Shown: positions 18,261 through 25,555 of the stretch, in pieces | Numbering within the stretch: the first letter of the stretch is position 1 | Layout of the letters: every line of letters starts with the position of its first letter | DNA from: a virus | Lineage: Duplodnaviria > Caudoviricetes | DNA: 29,684 nt | Reading direction: 5' to 3' (one strand) | IMG/VR virus record: IMGVR_UViG_3300020227_000083 | Coordinates: 1-29,684 of that record | Made by a program: the position numbers and the translations under genes | The notes under the pieces: generated by a model | Told to the model about the DNA's origin: nothing | Seen by the model: the letters and a program-made list of their open reading frames with translations, nothing else | Database searches by the model: none

Positions 18261-18791
18261 ATGAAGAAAGTTTTATTTTTATTATTAGCCAGTTTTTTAG
18301 TGTTAGCAGCATGTGGACAAGAAGAAAGTAAGTCAGAAGATAAGAAGGAAGCCAAGTCGTCTGATAAAGAAAGTAAAAAAGATGATAAGAAATCAAATGA
18401 TGATAAAAAAGAAAAATCAAATAAAGAAAATACTGATAAAAAACAAACTTCTAACACAGACAGTGATCAACAAGAAGTAAACACAGAGCAACAAACCCAA
18501 GAAGCTGTATCTCAAGAACCTGTTCAATCACAAGAACAAGTGAATAATCAAGAACAGCAGACTGCCCAAGCGCCTTTAGAATCGCAAGAACAGGCAACTA
18601 TGGAACAAGAACCTCAAAAACAAAAAATTGATTTGAACCAATTTCCTGGTGGTGATTTTTCTACGGAAGGTATGTCTGAAGATGCTCAAAAACAAATCGA
18701 AGAATTAAGTAGACAAAAAGATTATGAAGGTTTACCACAAAAAGAATACAACGATCAAGTATCTGAAATTATGAATAATGAAATAAATTAA
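18261..18791 (+). CDS. Lipoprotein with K/D/E- and Q-rich linker
   Basis: MKKVLFLLLASFLVLAAC lipobox; GGAGG SD. Confidence 0.85.
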   Translation: MKKVLFLLLASFLVLAACGQEESKSEDKKEAKSSDKESKKDDKKSNDDKKEKSNKENTDKKQTSNTDSDQQEVNTEQQTQEAVSQEPVQSQEQVNNQEQQTAQAPLESQEQATMEQEPQKQKIDLNQFPGGDFSTEGMSEDAQKQIEELSRQKDYEGLPQKEYNDQVSEIMNNEIN

Positions 18792-18796
18792 TTACA

Positions 18797-18829
18797 ATAG
18801 GGCAGTCCCTACTGCCTTATATATTTTTT
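18797..18829 (+). terminator. Intrinsic terminator
   Basis: GGCAGT-CCCT-ACTGCC followed by a T-rich run. Confidence 0.7.
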
Positions 18830-18840
18830 AAAAACAAACA

Positions 18841-18852
18841 GAACATACGTTC
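18841..18852. promoter_or_regulatory. LexA (Cheo) box
   Basis: GAAC-ATAC-GTTC matches the Firmicutes GAAC-N4-GTTC consensus. Confidence 0.7.
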
Positions 18853-18869
18853 TGCAAGGAGGTATTATT

Positions 18870-18956
18870 ATAGACACTGTTATTACTTATACTTCTTACA
18901 CTGTTGTAATCTTACCATTAGTTATTTACTGGATTTACAAAAAAATAGATAACTAA
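18870..18956 (+). other. 28-codon hydrophobic peptide frame with ATA in the start position
   Basis: AAGGAGGT SD, then ATA-DTVITYTSYTVVILPLVIYWIYKKIDN-TAA. Confidence 0.45.
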
Positions 18957-18974
18957 TTTTCAAAGGAGTTAATT

Positions 18975-19157
18975 ATGAATTTAAGTTATAGAAAAAAAGA
19001 AGCTTTGAATAAACTAAATAATGAAGAAATCTATACAAATATTTCTCCAAAATATATAAATGAATCATCAGATGAAAAAGTAGAAAAAATGGCAGAAACA
19101 TTTATTGATTTTTTCAGAGCGATAGATGGACAAGATAAGGAGGATAACGATGAATAG
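18975..19157 (+). CDS. Hypothetical protein
   Basis: AAAGGAG SD; stop overlaps the next start. Confidence 0.7.
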   Translation: MNLSYRKKEALNKLNNEEIYTNISPKYINESSDEKVEKMAETFIDFFRAIDGQDKEDNDE

Positions 19158-19461
19158 TAAAACTTTTCAGGAACACATAGAAGGAAGATTACCAGCATTA
19201 GATAGCTTTTATGATAGAGCTATTAACCATCAATTAGAAAAGGATAAAAGAAGACCACCAAAGAAACGTTGGTCAGAAGCAAAAATAGAAAGAGCTGCGA
19301 ATGACATGTACAAAGATTTGATAACAAGTATTTATGAAAAAGTGAAATCTATTGTAGAAGAACACGAGAAGAAACCTGATTCTGTCTGGTTTGATTATCT
19401 AGAGAAATACGAGATGTACGACCAAATTAACGAATCATTATATGAAATAGAGTTCGAATAA
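19150..19461 (+). CDS. Hypothetical protein (103 aa)
   Basis: ATG 19150 after AAGGAGG. Confidence 0.75.
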   Translation: MNSKTFQEHIEGRLPALDSFYDRAINHQLEKDKRRPPKKRWSEAKIERAANDMYKDLITSIYEKVKSIVEEHEKKPDSVWFDYLEKYEMYDQINESLYEIEFE

Positions 19462-19507
19462 GTATTTAAAGTTTCTATATTCTATATTGTTAAAGGAGTG
19501 TATAAAC

Positions 19508-20554
19508 ATGCCCATATATAAGGACGAAAAAACTAATAAATATTTTTATTCAGTTAGATATAAAGATACTTTTGGTCAAAATAAACGTAAAGTAAAACGT
19601 GGTTTCACAAGAAAAAAAGATGCTAAAATAGCAGAATCAGAATTTATTCAAAAAGTTAAATTCGGTTATTCAGACACCCAACTATTTAAAACAGTTTTTT
19701 ACGATAGATTGAAAGCTGCAAACTTATCTCCAAGATCAATTGAAAAAAGAACACTTGAATATAATAATTACTTAAAGTCTAGATTTGAAAATATACCAAT
19801 CGGGAAAATTACAACAGAACAATGTCGTGAATTAAGAAATAGTCTTATGAACGATTATGATTTATCACTAAGTTATGCTCGCTCAGTTTGGGCAGGATTT
19901 AAAGCTGTGATGAATTATGCAAATAAACATTACAAACTTTTATATGACCCTACATTACCCATTGAGCCTATACCTAGAGTAAAACCTAAAGCTACTTATA
20001 TAACAAGAGAATTATTTGATGAGAAAGTAGAAAATATTGAAAATGAAACTTCAAAAAATTTAACTAAGTTGTTATTTTACTCTGGACTTCGTATAGGCGA
20101 AGCGTTAGCATTACAATGGTCAGATTACGATAGAGATAAAGGCGAACTGATTATTAGTAAAACGTTAGACTTACAACATAGAAAAATAAGAAATACTGTT
20201 AAAACTAATTCATCAGCTGGTATAGTCCCCTTACCCTCACATATTAGAAAGTTATTAAATGATTTATATGAATATAAAAGTAATAATTTCAAATATTTTA
20301 GTGATGATTATTATATTTTCGGAGATTTAAAACCATGGAGTTACACAACTTACACTTTTCATTTTAAATCAGTTTTCCCCGATATTCGTATACATTCATT
20401 AAGACATTCGTATGCTACTTATTTAATAAACAATGGAGTAGATATGTATGTGCTAATGGAGTTAATGCGTCACTCGAATATAAACGAAACTATACAAACT
20501 TATTCTCATTTATACACAAACAAAAAACAAGAGGCTATGCGTATATTTGATTAA
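19508..20554 (+). CDS. int: Tyrosine integrase, phi11 (Sa5int)-like, 348 aa
   Basis: Arm-binding N-term (RYKDTFG...KRGF), SGLRIGE, HSLRHS, MRHS, catalytic TYSH; strongly resembles phi11 Int as recalled. Confidence 0.95.
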   Translation: MPIYKDEKTNKYFYSVRYKDTFGQNKRKVKRGFTRKKDAKIAESEFIQKVKFGYSDTQLFKTVFYDRLKAANLSPRSIEKRTLEYNNYLKSRFENIPIGKITTEQCRELRNSLMNDYDLSLSYARSVWAGFKAVMNYANKHYKLLYDPTLPIEPIPRVKPKATYITRELFDEKVENIENETSKNLTKLLFYSGLRIGEALALQWSDYDRDKGELIISKTLDLQHRKIRNTVKTNSSAGIVPLPSHIRKLLNDLYEYKSNNFKYFSDDYYIFGDLKPWSYTTYTFHFKSVFPDIRIHSLRHSYATYLINNGVDMYVLMELMRHSNINETIQTYSHLYTNKKQEAMRIFD

Positions 20555-20555
20555 A

Positions 20556-20768
20556 TGGTATCATAACGGTATCAAAAGGAGTTAGAAACAATGATAAAAA
20601 CCTTTAAAACAAAGAATCTAATAAGTATTAATAACGACCCTTGGGAAGAGGTATTGTAGTTTCCATCATATTATTAAAACTCAAAATGGCTTTATATCAA
20701 CGTTTCGAACTATTTGAAACATCATGTTTTTTTGAATTCAAAACAAAATGGTATCAAAAGTGGTATCA
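20556..20768. other. attP: core CCTTGGGAAG (20639-20648) flanked by paired GGTATCA arm sites
   Basis: (T/C)GGTATCA at 20556, 20567, 20749 and 20761. Core reverse complement CTTCCCAAGG is 9/10 with the recalled phi11 core CTTCCCATGG. Confidence 0.85.
20591..20659 (+). CDS. 22-aa mini-ORF through the att core (replacement N-terminus of the attB gene)
   Basis: AAAGGAG SD; MIKTFKTKNLISINNDPWEEVL*. Confidence 0.65.
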   Translation: MIKTFKTKNLISINNDPWEEVL

Positions 20769-20775
20769 ATAACAT

Positions 20776-20818
20776 AAAAATACCCACCTATTCATATAAA
20801 TGAGTGGGTGGGTTGTTT
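20776..20818. terminator. Bidirectional terminator-like hairpin
   Basis: ACCCACCTATTCAT-ATAA-ATGAGTGGGTGGGT with A/T tails. Confidence 0.7.
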
Positions 20819-20905
20819 GTTGTTATAATTTTTCATATAATTAGTATCAACATAAGAAGAACTCGTTTACACACTTTTCAAAAAAATTCGGAGGTACATA
20901 AAAAT

Positions 20906-21394
20906 TTGAATAATTTAGGAACTTTATATTTTTTCTCAGGAAAAATGGGAGCTGGAAAATCAACTAGATCTAAACAAATAGAACAAACTGAAAATGCAGT
21001 GTTATTGTCTGAAGATGAATGGTTAGAAAAATTATATCCAAATCAAATAAATAATTTTGATGATTACTTAAGTTACTCAAAGTTAATAAAACCATTATTA
21101 AAAGAGCACATCCAGCGAATTTTAAAAGTCGGTAGTAATGTAGTATTAGATTTTCCGGGTAACACTAAAACTCAAAGAAAATGGCTATTAAGTATAGCTT
21201 CAGAAATTAATGCAAATCATCAATTACTTTTTCTCAATATAAGTGATGACAAATGTTTGAAACAAATTAATATAAGACGTAACGAAGAACCAGAAAGACA
21301 ACAATTCGATACTAAAGAAACTTTCGAATATATTTCTAGTTTCTTCGAGCCCCCTGAATTTTCAGAAGGTTTAAATATTATCGAAATCAAATAG
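20906..21394 (+). CDS. Small P-loop kinase-like ATP-binding protein (AAA_33-like)
   Basis: TTG 20906 after GGAGG; GKMGAGKST, LLSEDEW, VVLDFPGNTKTQR. Confidence 0.85.
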   Translation: MNNLGTLYFFSGKMGAGKSTRSKQIEQTENAVLLSEDEWLEKLYPNQINNFDDYLSYSKLIKPLLKEHIQRILKVGSNVVLDFPGNTKTQRKWLLSIASEINANHQLLFLNISDDKCLKQINIRRNEEPERQQFDTKETFEYISSFFEPPEFSEGLNIIEIK

Positions 21395-21404
21395 TTAAAC
21401 CCAC

Positions 21405-21602
21405 CTATTCATTTAGGTGGGCTTTTGCATATTCGTATAGTCTTTCTGTCGTCTTCAAAGTTAAATTGTCTATATCGCGATTCCCATTTCTTAATGTAGA
21501 AATAACGGTTTGACTAACACCAGTTTCTTTATATATATGGTAACCAGTAATATCACTTTCAATTAGTTTTTTGATCGTCTGTTTGTATTCTGACAAGTTC
21601 AT
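21405..21602 (-). CDS. Small XRE-like HTH protein
   Basis: ITGYHIYKETGVSQTVISTLRNGNRDIDNLTLKT; the start may be TTG 21596. Confidence 0.8.
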   Translation of the reverse strand: MNLSEYKQTIKKLIESDITGYHIYKETGVSQTVISTLRNGNRDIDNLTLKTTERLYEYAKAHLNE

Positions 21603-21714
21603 CACCCTCGTATCTATAACCTAATGATTTCATGTGTTTGATTCTTGCGAACTTAATAAATTGTGGCAATAATAGAATAAATATAATTGTAATCACTGTA
21701 AAAGTTATCTTCAT
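21559..21714 (-). CDS. 51-aa peptide with N-terminal hydrophobic helix
   Basis: AGGTGG SD; MKITFTVITIIFILLLPQFIKFARIKHMKSLGYRYEGDELVRIQTDDQKTN. Confidence 0.65.
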   Translation of the reverse strand: MKITFTVITIIFILLLPQFIKFARIKHMKSLGYRYEGDELVRIQTDDQKTN

Positions 21715-21743
21715 TTGAATTTACCACCTATCTGTAATATAAT
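21715..21743 (+). promoter_or_regulatory. SigA promoter for a candidate antisense RNA
   Basis: TTGAAT-17bp-TATAAT pointing into the 3' end of the 44-aa ORF. Confidence 0.65.
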
Positions 21744-21782
21744 AACCATGAAAAGAGGTAGGGGCTTTCGCCCCTTGTTGGA

Positions 21783-21917
21783 TTAATCGTCTTTCTGATT
21801 ATCTTTCTTGGCTTTAAGATAATCAAGATGCCATTTTCTTAGTTGTTTTATAATTGCTGGTGTTCTCTGTACTGTAGCAAGTACAATGAGCATCAGCATT
21901 TTTATGATGTCATCCAA
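21783..21917 (-). CDS. 44-aa hydrophobic/basic peptide, candidate type I toxin
   Basis: GAGGAGGTGG SD, TTG start; MDDIIKMLMLIVLATVQRTPAIIKQLRKWHLDYLKAKKDNQKDD. Confidence 0.7.
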   Translation of the reverse strand: MDDIIKMLMLIVLATVQRTPAIIKQLRKWHLDYLKAKKDNQKDD

Positions 21918-21973
21918 TTTAACCACCTCCTCTCATGGTGGTTTGTAAGGTGTGTCTCAACCTTACATATATA

Positions 21974-22002
21974 ATTATACTACACATAAGTTAAGCAATC
22001 AA
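21974..22002 (-). promoter_or_regulatory. SigA promoter of the peptide locus
   Basis: TTGATT-17bp-TATAAT on the minus strand. Confidence 0.7.
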
Positions 22003-22026
22003 GCGTTTTCTTCATATTTCTTCAAT

Positions 22027-22437
22027 TTATTTTATCTCCACAATATCTTTCAAATTAACTTTACTTAATCCAGTTTCTTCATATAAATGTAGTGTTTGTG
22101 TGTGAACATCTACTTTGTGTATATAACCTTCTTTAGTTTTAATATATCCATCGACAAAATAACGTAATTCAATTGTAGGGTCATGATACATTTTGAATAT
22201 TAACTTATCGTTTAGATCATTTAATTGGTGGTCGCTTAATGATGGCTTATCAATCTTATTTTGATCTTGTATGTATTGTTCTAGTTGCTCGTATTGTTCG
22301 GGGAGCGTCTTAAATGCTTGCCACTTAACCATGCCACGTCCTTGTGGTATACGTGGATTAAGGTATTCTCTTGGTATTTTACGATAATCAGTTTCATATT
22401 TATATTCATCTGGTGCGTTAGGATTTATTACTTTCAT
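22027..22437 (-). CDS. YolD-like family protein
   Basis: GRGMVKWQAFKTLPEQY...KPSLSDHQL motif. Confidence 0.9.
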   Translation of the reverse strand: MKVINPNAPDEYKYETDYRKIPREYLNPRIPQGRGMVKWQAFKTLPEQYEQLEQYIQDQNKIDKPSLSDHQLNDLNDKLIFKMYHDPTIELRYFVDGYIKTKEGYIHKVDVHTQTLHLYEETGLSKVNLKDIVEIK

Positions 22438-22460
22438 AGTATCACCTCATGAATATAATA

Positions 22461-22472
22461 GAACACTTGTTC
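22461..22472. promoter_or_regulatory. LexA box upstream of yolD
   Basis: GAAC-ACTT-GTTC(G). Confidence 0.8.
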
Positions 22473-22615
22473 GTATTAATCAATAAATAATTCTCTTATA
22501 TAACATTTAAATACAATATACTATAGACTTAAGTTGCAAAGTATAATAAGTTTAATATATATCATTAATGTATTAATTATTTTATATTTATATACGACAA
22601 AGGAGATACATAAGC

Positions 22616-23125
22616 ATGAAAAACTTTTTCTTAGCAATAGCTACTTTTATATTAATTGCTCTTTTAGGAACAGCTATATATATTTACAATAACCCTAAAG
22701 TGATAGAGAAAATTACTAGTCAAGATAAAAAAGATAAGACGAAATCAGTTGATGAGGAAAAAGATACATCTACACAAGATGACAACACATATACTTACCC
22801 TGAACAAACTGAAGAAGGCACAAATGAATTGTCTAACACACAACAACAAACAGAAGAACGGGATAGCGAAGGACTTACACAAGAGGATAGAGATAAGATA
22901 GCAACTGAACAAGCTAAAGAGTATGCAAAAAAACATCCTGAGGGCCAAGAAAATAATAAAAGTAAAATGGGACCTGGACCCGAAGACCCCGATTATCAAC
23001 CTGATCCAAGATTTACAGAAGGTACTGAGGAAAGTGCTAAAGATTCATCACATGGAGTGCAAACAGAGCCATCCCAAGGTGGTTATATAGATAACGGAGA
23101 GTGGAAACCAGCAAAACCAGAATAA
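22616..23125 (+). CDS. Membrane-anchored acidic low-complexity protein
   Basis: N-terminal TM helix; AAGGAG SD; terminator at 23150-23176. Confidence 0.8.
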   Translation: MKNFFLAIATFILIALLGTAIYIYNNPKVIEKITSQDKKDKTKSVDEEKDTSTQDDNTYTYPEQTEEGTNELSNTQQQTEERDSEGLTQEDRDKIATEQAKEYAKKHPEGQENNKSKMGPGPEDPDYQPDPRFTEGTEESAKDSSHGVQTEPSQGGYIDNGEWKPAKPE

Positions 23126-23149
23126 ACTTAAAAATAATAAAGGTGTACT

Positions 23150-23216
23150 GACCTAGATTAATTTCTAGGTCTTTTTATGTATAAAAATAACCACCCAGTG
23201 ACATGCGTGGGTGGTT
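23150..23216. terminator. Back-to-back terminators for convergent transcripts
   Basis: GACCTAGA...TCTAGGTC-TTTTT (+) and AACCACCCA...TGGGTGGTT with a T tract on the minus strand. Confidence 0.75.
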
Positions 23217-23309
23217 TAGGGATGAATTGATTCAAAAAGTAACGTAGTTAAAGAAACAACTGTCACAACAATTAGCCTCAATATTTATGCGATATAACAC
23301 TTTATAATT

Positions 23310-24026
23310 TTAATGGTTATTATTAAATAATTGTTTTAAATATACATAATCTTCTCTATTAATAACTTTTGTATTGTAGATATCTTCTAATTTAGCAATG
23401 ATATCCATTATTATAATATTAAGTATCTGCTTATATTTATCCATGTTAGCATCTATCTCAGCATATTGTATTTCTTCATACTGTAATAAATACAATGGTT
23501 CTGTATAGTCCACTGATATATGTACACTTCCCGATAATTCTCCATAAAAATCATATAGTGTTTCAATACTAGGAAATACATCTTTAAAATATGATTTAGT
23601 AAACGATGTAAGCTTGCCAATTTTTTGCGAAGTAGCAACGCTATTTAATTTAATCATTTCTTCACTAGCTTTATATATACCTTCTCTTTTATTTTCAACA
23701 TAAATTTGATACCTTTTTACTTCAAGAGAATATTTAAAATAAGCTTCAATTATTGACCTAAAACATTTATCAGTATCTTTAAAATGTTTTAGATTTATTA
23801 AATCGACAGTTTTCAATAAATTTTCAACAAGCTTTCTTCTGAATATATTCTCGTTTTTAGAAACATTCTTATACTTATCAACTTTCAACATCACATTAAT
23901 AGCAATGTAAACAATACTAAAATAATTTGTATACAAATTAGGCAATTCATCTGCAACCAATCTTCTATTTTTCACAAAAGACTTATAACTATTGAGATCT
24001 CTATTAATATTTTCTTTAATCTTCAT
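23310..24026 (-). CDS. Hypothetical helical protein, HEPN/DUF5677-like motifs
   Basis: FRSIIEAYFKY and LYDFYGELSGSVH (R-x-x-x-E and Y-x-x-LS-x-x-x-H). Confidence 0.6.
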   Translation of the reverse strand: MKIKENINRDLNSYKSFVKNRRLVADELPNLYTNYFSIVYIAINVMLKVDKYKNVSKNENIFRRKLVENLLKTVDLINLKHFKDTDKCFRSIIEAYFKYSLEVKRYQIYVENKREGIYKASEEMIKLNSVATSQKIGKLTSFTKSYFKDVFPSIETLYDFYGELSGSVHISVDYTEPLYLLQYEEIQYAEIDANMDKYKQILNIIIMDIIAKLEDIYNTKVINREDYVYLKQLFNNNH

Positions 24027-24423
24027 TATATCTACCAGGATTTATAATTTTACCCCAAGATTCAATACTTTTAGTTGTTGAATTTTTAGTTTTCACTATT
24101 TTTTTATTGACATCTACCTTTTGTGTATCATTATTTGAATTTAAAAAGGCAATAATTTTGTTTACATACGTTTTCAGTTCTTTATCATTATCAATATTTT
24201 TAAATTCTTTTATTAACCTTGAGTATAATAGAGGACGTGCATTAAATAAGTAATCAGCATACGTTTTATCAAAGATTACAGTAAATTCTTTTAATTCACT
24301 ATTTTTCTTGAAAAATTCTTTGTTAAAAATAATTTCTGCTATAATACCAGGAATAATAAATTTTATATCTTGAGGTTTATTATTTATCTCTAGCTTCCGT
24401 ATCATTTTACTTTTTAAAGTCAA
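24016..24423 (-). CDS. Hypothetical Lys-rich protein (135 aa)
   Basis: TTG start abuts the parA stop after GAGGTGG; overlaps the next gene by 11 bp. Confidence 0.75.
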   Translation of the reverse strand: MTLKSKMIRKLEINNKPQDIKFIIPGIIAEIIFNKEFFKKNSELKEFTVIFDKTYADYLFNARPLLYSRLIKEFKNIDNDKELKTYVNKIIAFLNSNNDTQKVDVNKKIVKTKNSTTKSIESWGKIINPGRYNED

Positions 24424-25233
24424 TTATTCCACCTCATTTATTTTCTCAATTAATTCATTTGTTAGTTCTTTTATATTTTCCTTTGTTGATGACATATCAT
24501 ATATAAAATTATCAAAATTCCCTGACCTAATATGTTCGTTTTCAAATAACTCATTCTTAAATTTAATACCGTCAAAAGAATCAATTATAGCTTGTCTTTT
24601 AGCTTTATTAGGCTTAGATAATGTTATTATAACACCTAATTTAGTAGGTTTCATATCTTCCAATACAATATCATTTTCAACTTTATTCTCTAATAAATCA
24701 TGTCCTAAAGATGCAAAGGTATCTGGCAATACTGGTACCACATAATAATCACTTGCTAATAATGCGGTTTGACCATAAACTGAGTAGGTTGCTGGAGTAT
24801 CTATGAAAATATAATCGTAATCTTCTTTTATAATATTCATATTCCTATTTAATAATTTCTCGGAACCTCTGTCTGATGATTCAAAAGAAGTTAAATTCAA
24901 GTCTCCAGGAATAATATCCAATTTCCCGTATAATGAATTTTCTAAATTTATAATAATATCTTCTACTTTTGTTTTTCTTTCACCTTCTGTTATGCTTCTA
25001 TCATCTGGCTGTAAAATAGCGAGTATAGTTTTAACATTTATTAATTCTTCATATTCACTAATTGATTTAAATTTAGTAAAAAGCGCTTGAGTAGCATTAA
25101 ATTGTGGGTCCATATCAACTATTAATACTTTTTTGTTTTTTTCTTTCATCAAAGTATAAGCTAAATTAATCGTCAGAGTAGTCTTACCGACCCCACCTTT
25201 CATATTTATAAAAGAAACTATTTTAGCATTCAT
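24424..25233 (-). CDS. ParA/Soj-family ATPase
   Basis: Deviant Walker A KGGVGKTT, DMDPQFNAT, YIFIDTP; no N-terminal HTH. Confidence 0.92.
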   Translation of the reverse strand: MNAKIVSFINMKGGVGKTTLTINLAYTLMKEKNKKVLIVDMDPQFNATQALFTKFKSISEYEELINVKTILAILQPDDRSITEGERKTKVEDIIINLENSLYGKLDIIPGDLNLTSFESSDRGSEKLLNRNMNIIKEDYDYIFIDTPATYSVYGQTALLASDYYVVPVLPDTFASLGHDLLENKVENDIVLEDMKPTKLGVIITLSKPNKAKRQAIIDSFDGIKFKNELFENEHIRSGNFDNFIYDMSSTKENIKELTNELIEKINEVE

Positions 25234-25294
25234 TCTATGTCTCCATTCTTTTTTACTTAATTATATATTAAAACAACATAACAAAAAAGAGTAT

Positions 25295-25555
25295 AAAAAA
25301 ATAGGGCAAGCACATAAGTGCCTGCCCTTAATATGATCACGTGATAAATTTGTTATAACAAAAAGCAGGCACGGGACAATGTGTTTGCTCTTTTAGTAAG
25401 GTATACTTGCGTTGGTTAGCAATAGTATATTGCTTAAAATATTTATATCATAAAAAAGACACCTCATAAAGAGGTGCCTAGTGGCTTTGGCTTGAAAATA
25501 TTATATCTTGAAAAAGAGTACGTACATTTTAACATAATAAAATATTATAGGTCAA
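25295..25555 (-). ncRNA. Candidate array of three short promoter-terminator units
   Basis: Extended -10s at 25526-34, 25442-50 and 25352-60; terminators at 25458-78, 25364-89 and 25303-28. Confidence 0.4.

Noticed and set aside
18330-18630. Low-complexity repeats in the lipoprotein gene as a DNA repeat array
   Set aside because: Explained by K/D/E/Q-rich protein linker coding.
20804-20905. Long N-terminal extension of the P-loop ORF from the track
   Set aside because: GTG 20804 lies within a terminator hairpin; TTG 20906 has a GGAGG SD.
24424-25300. Classical parABS locus
   Set aside because: No ParB/Spo0J-like gene and no parS palindrome or iterated centromere seen. Type Ib partition is kept only as an alternative.
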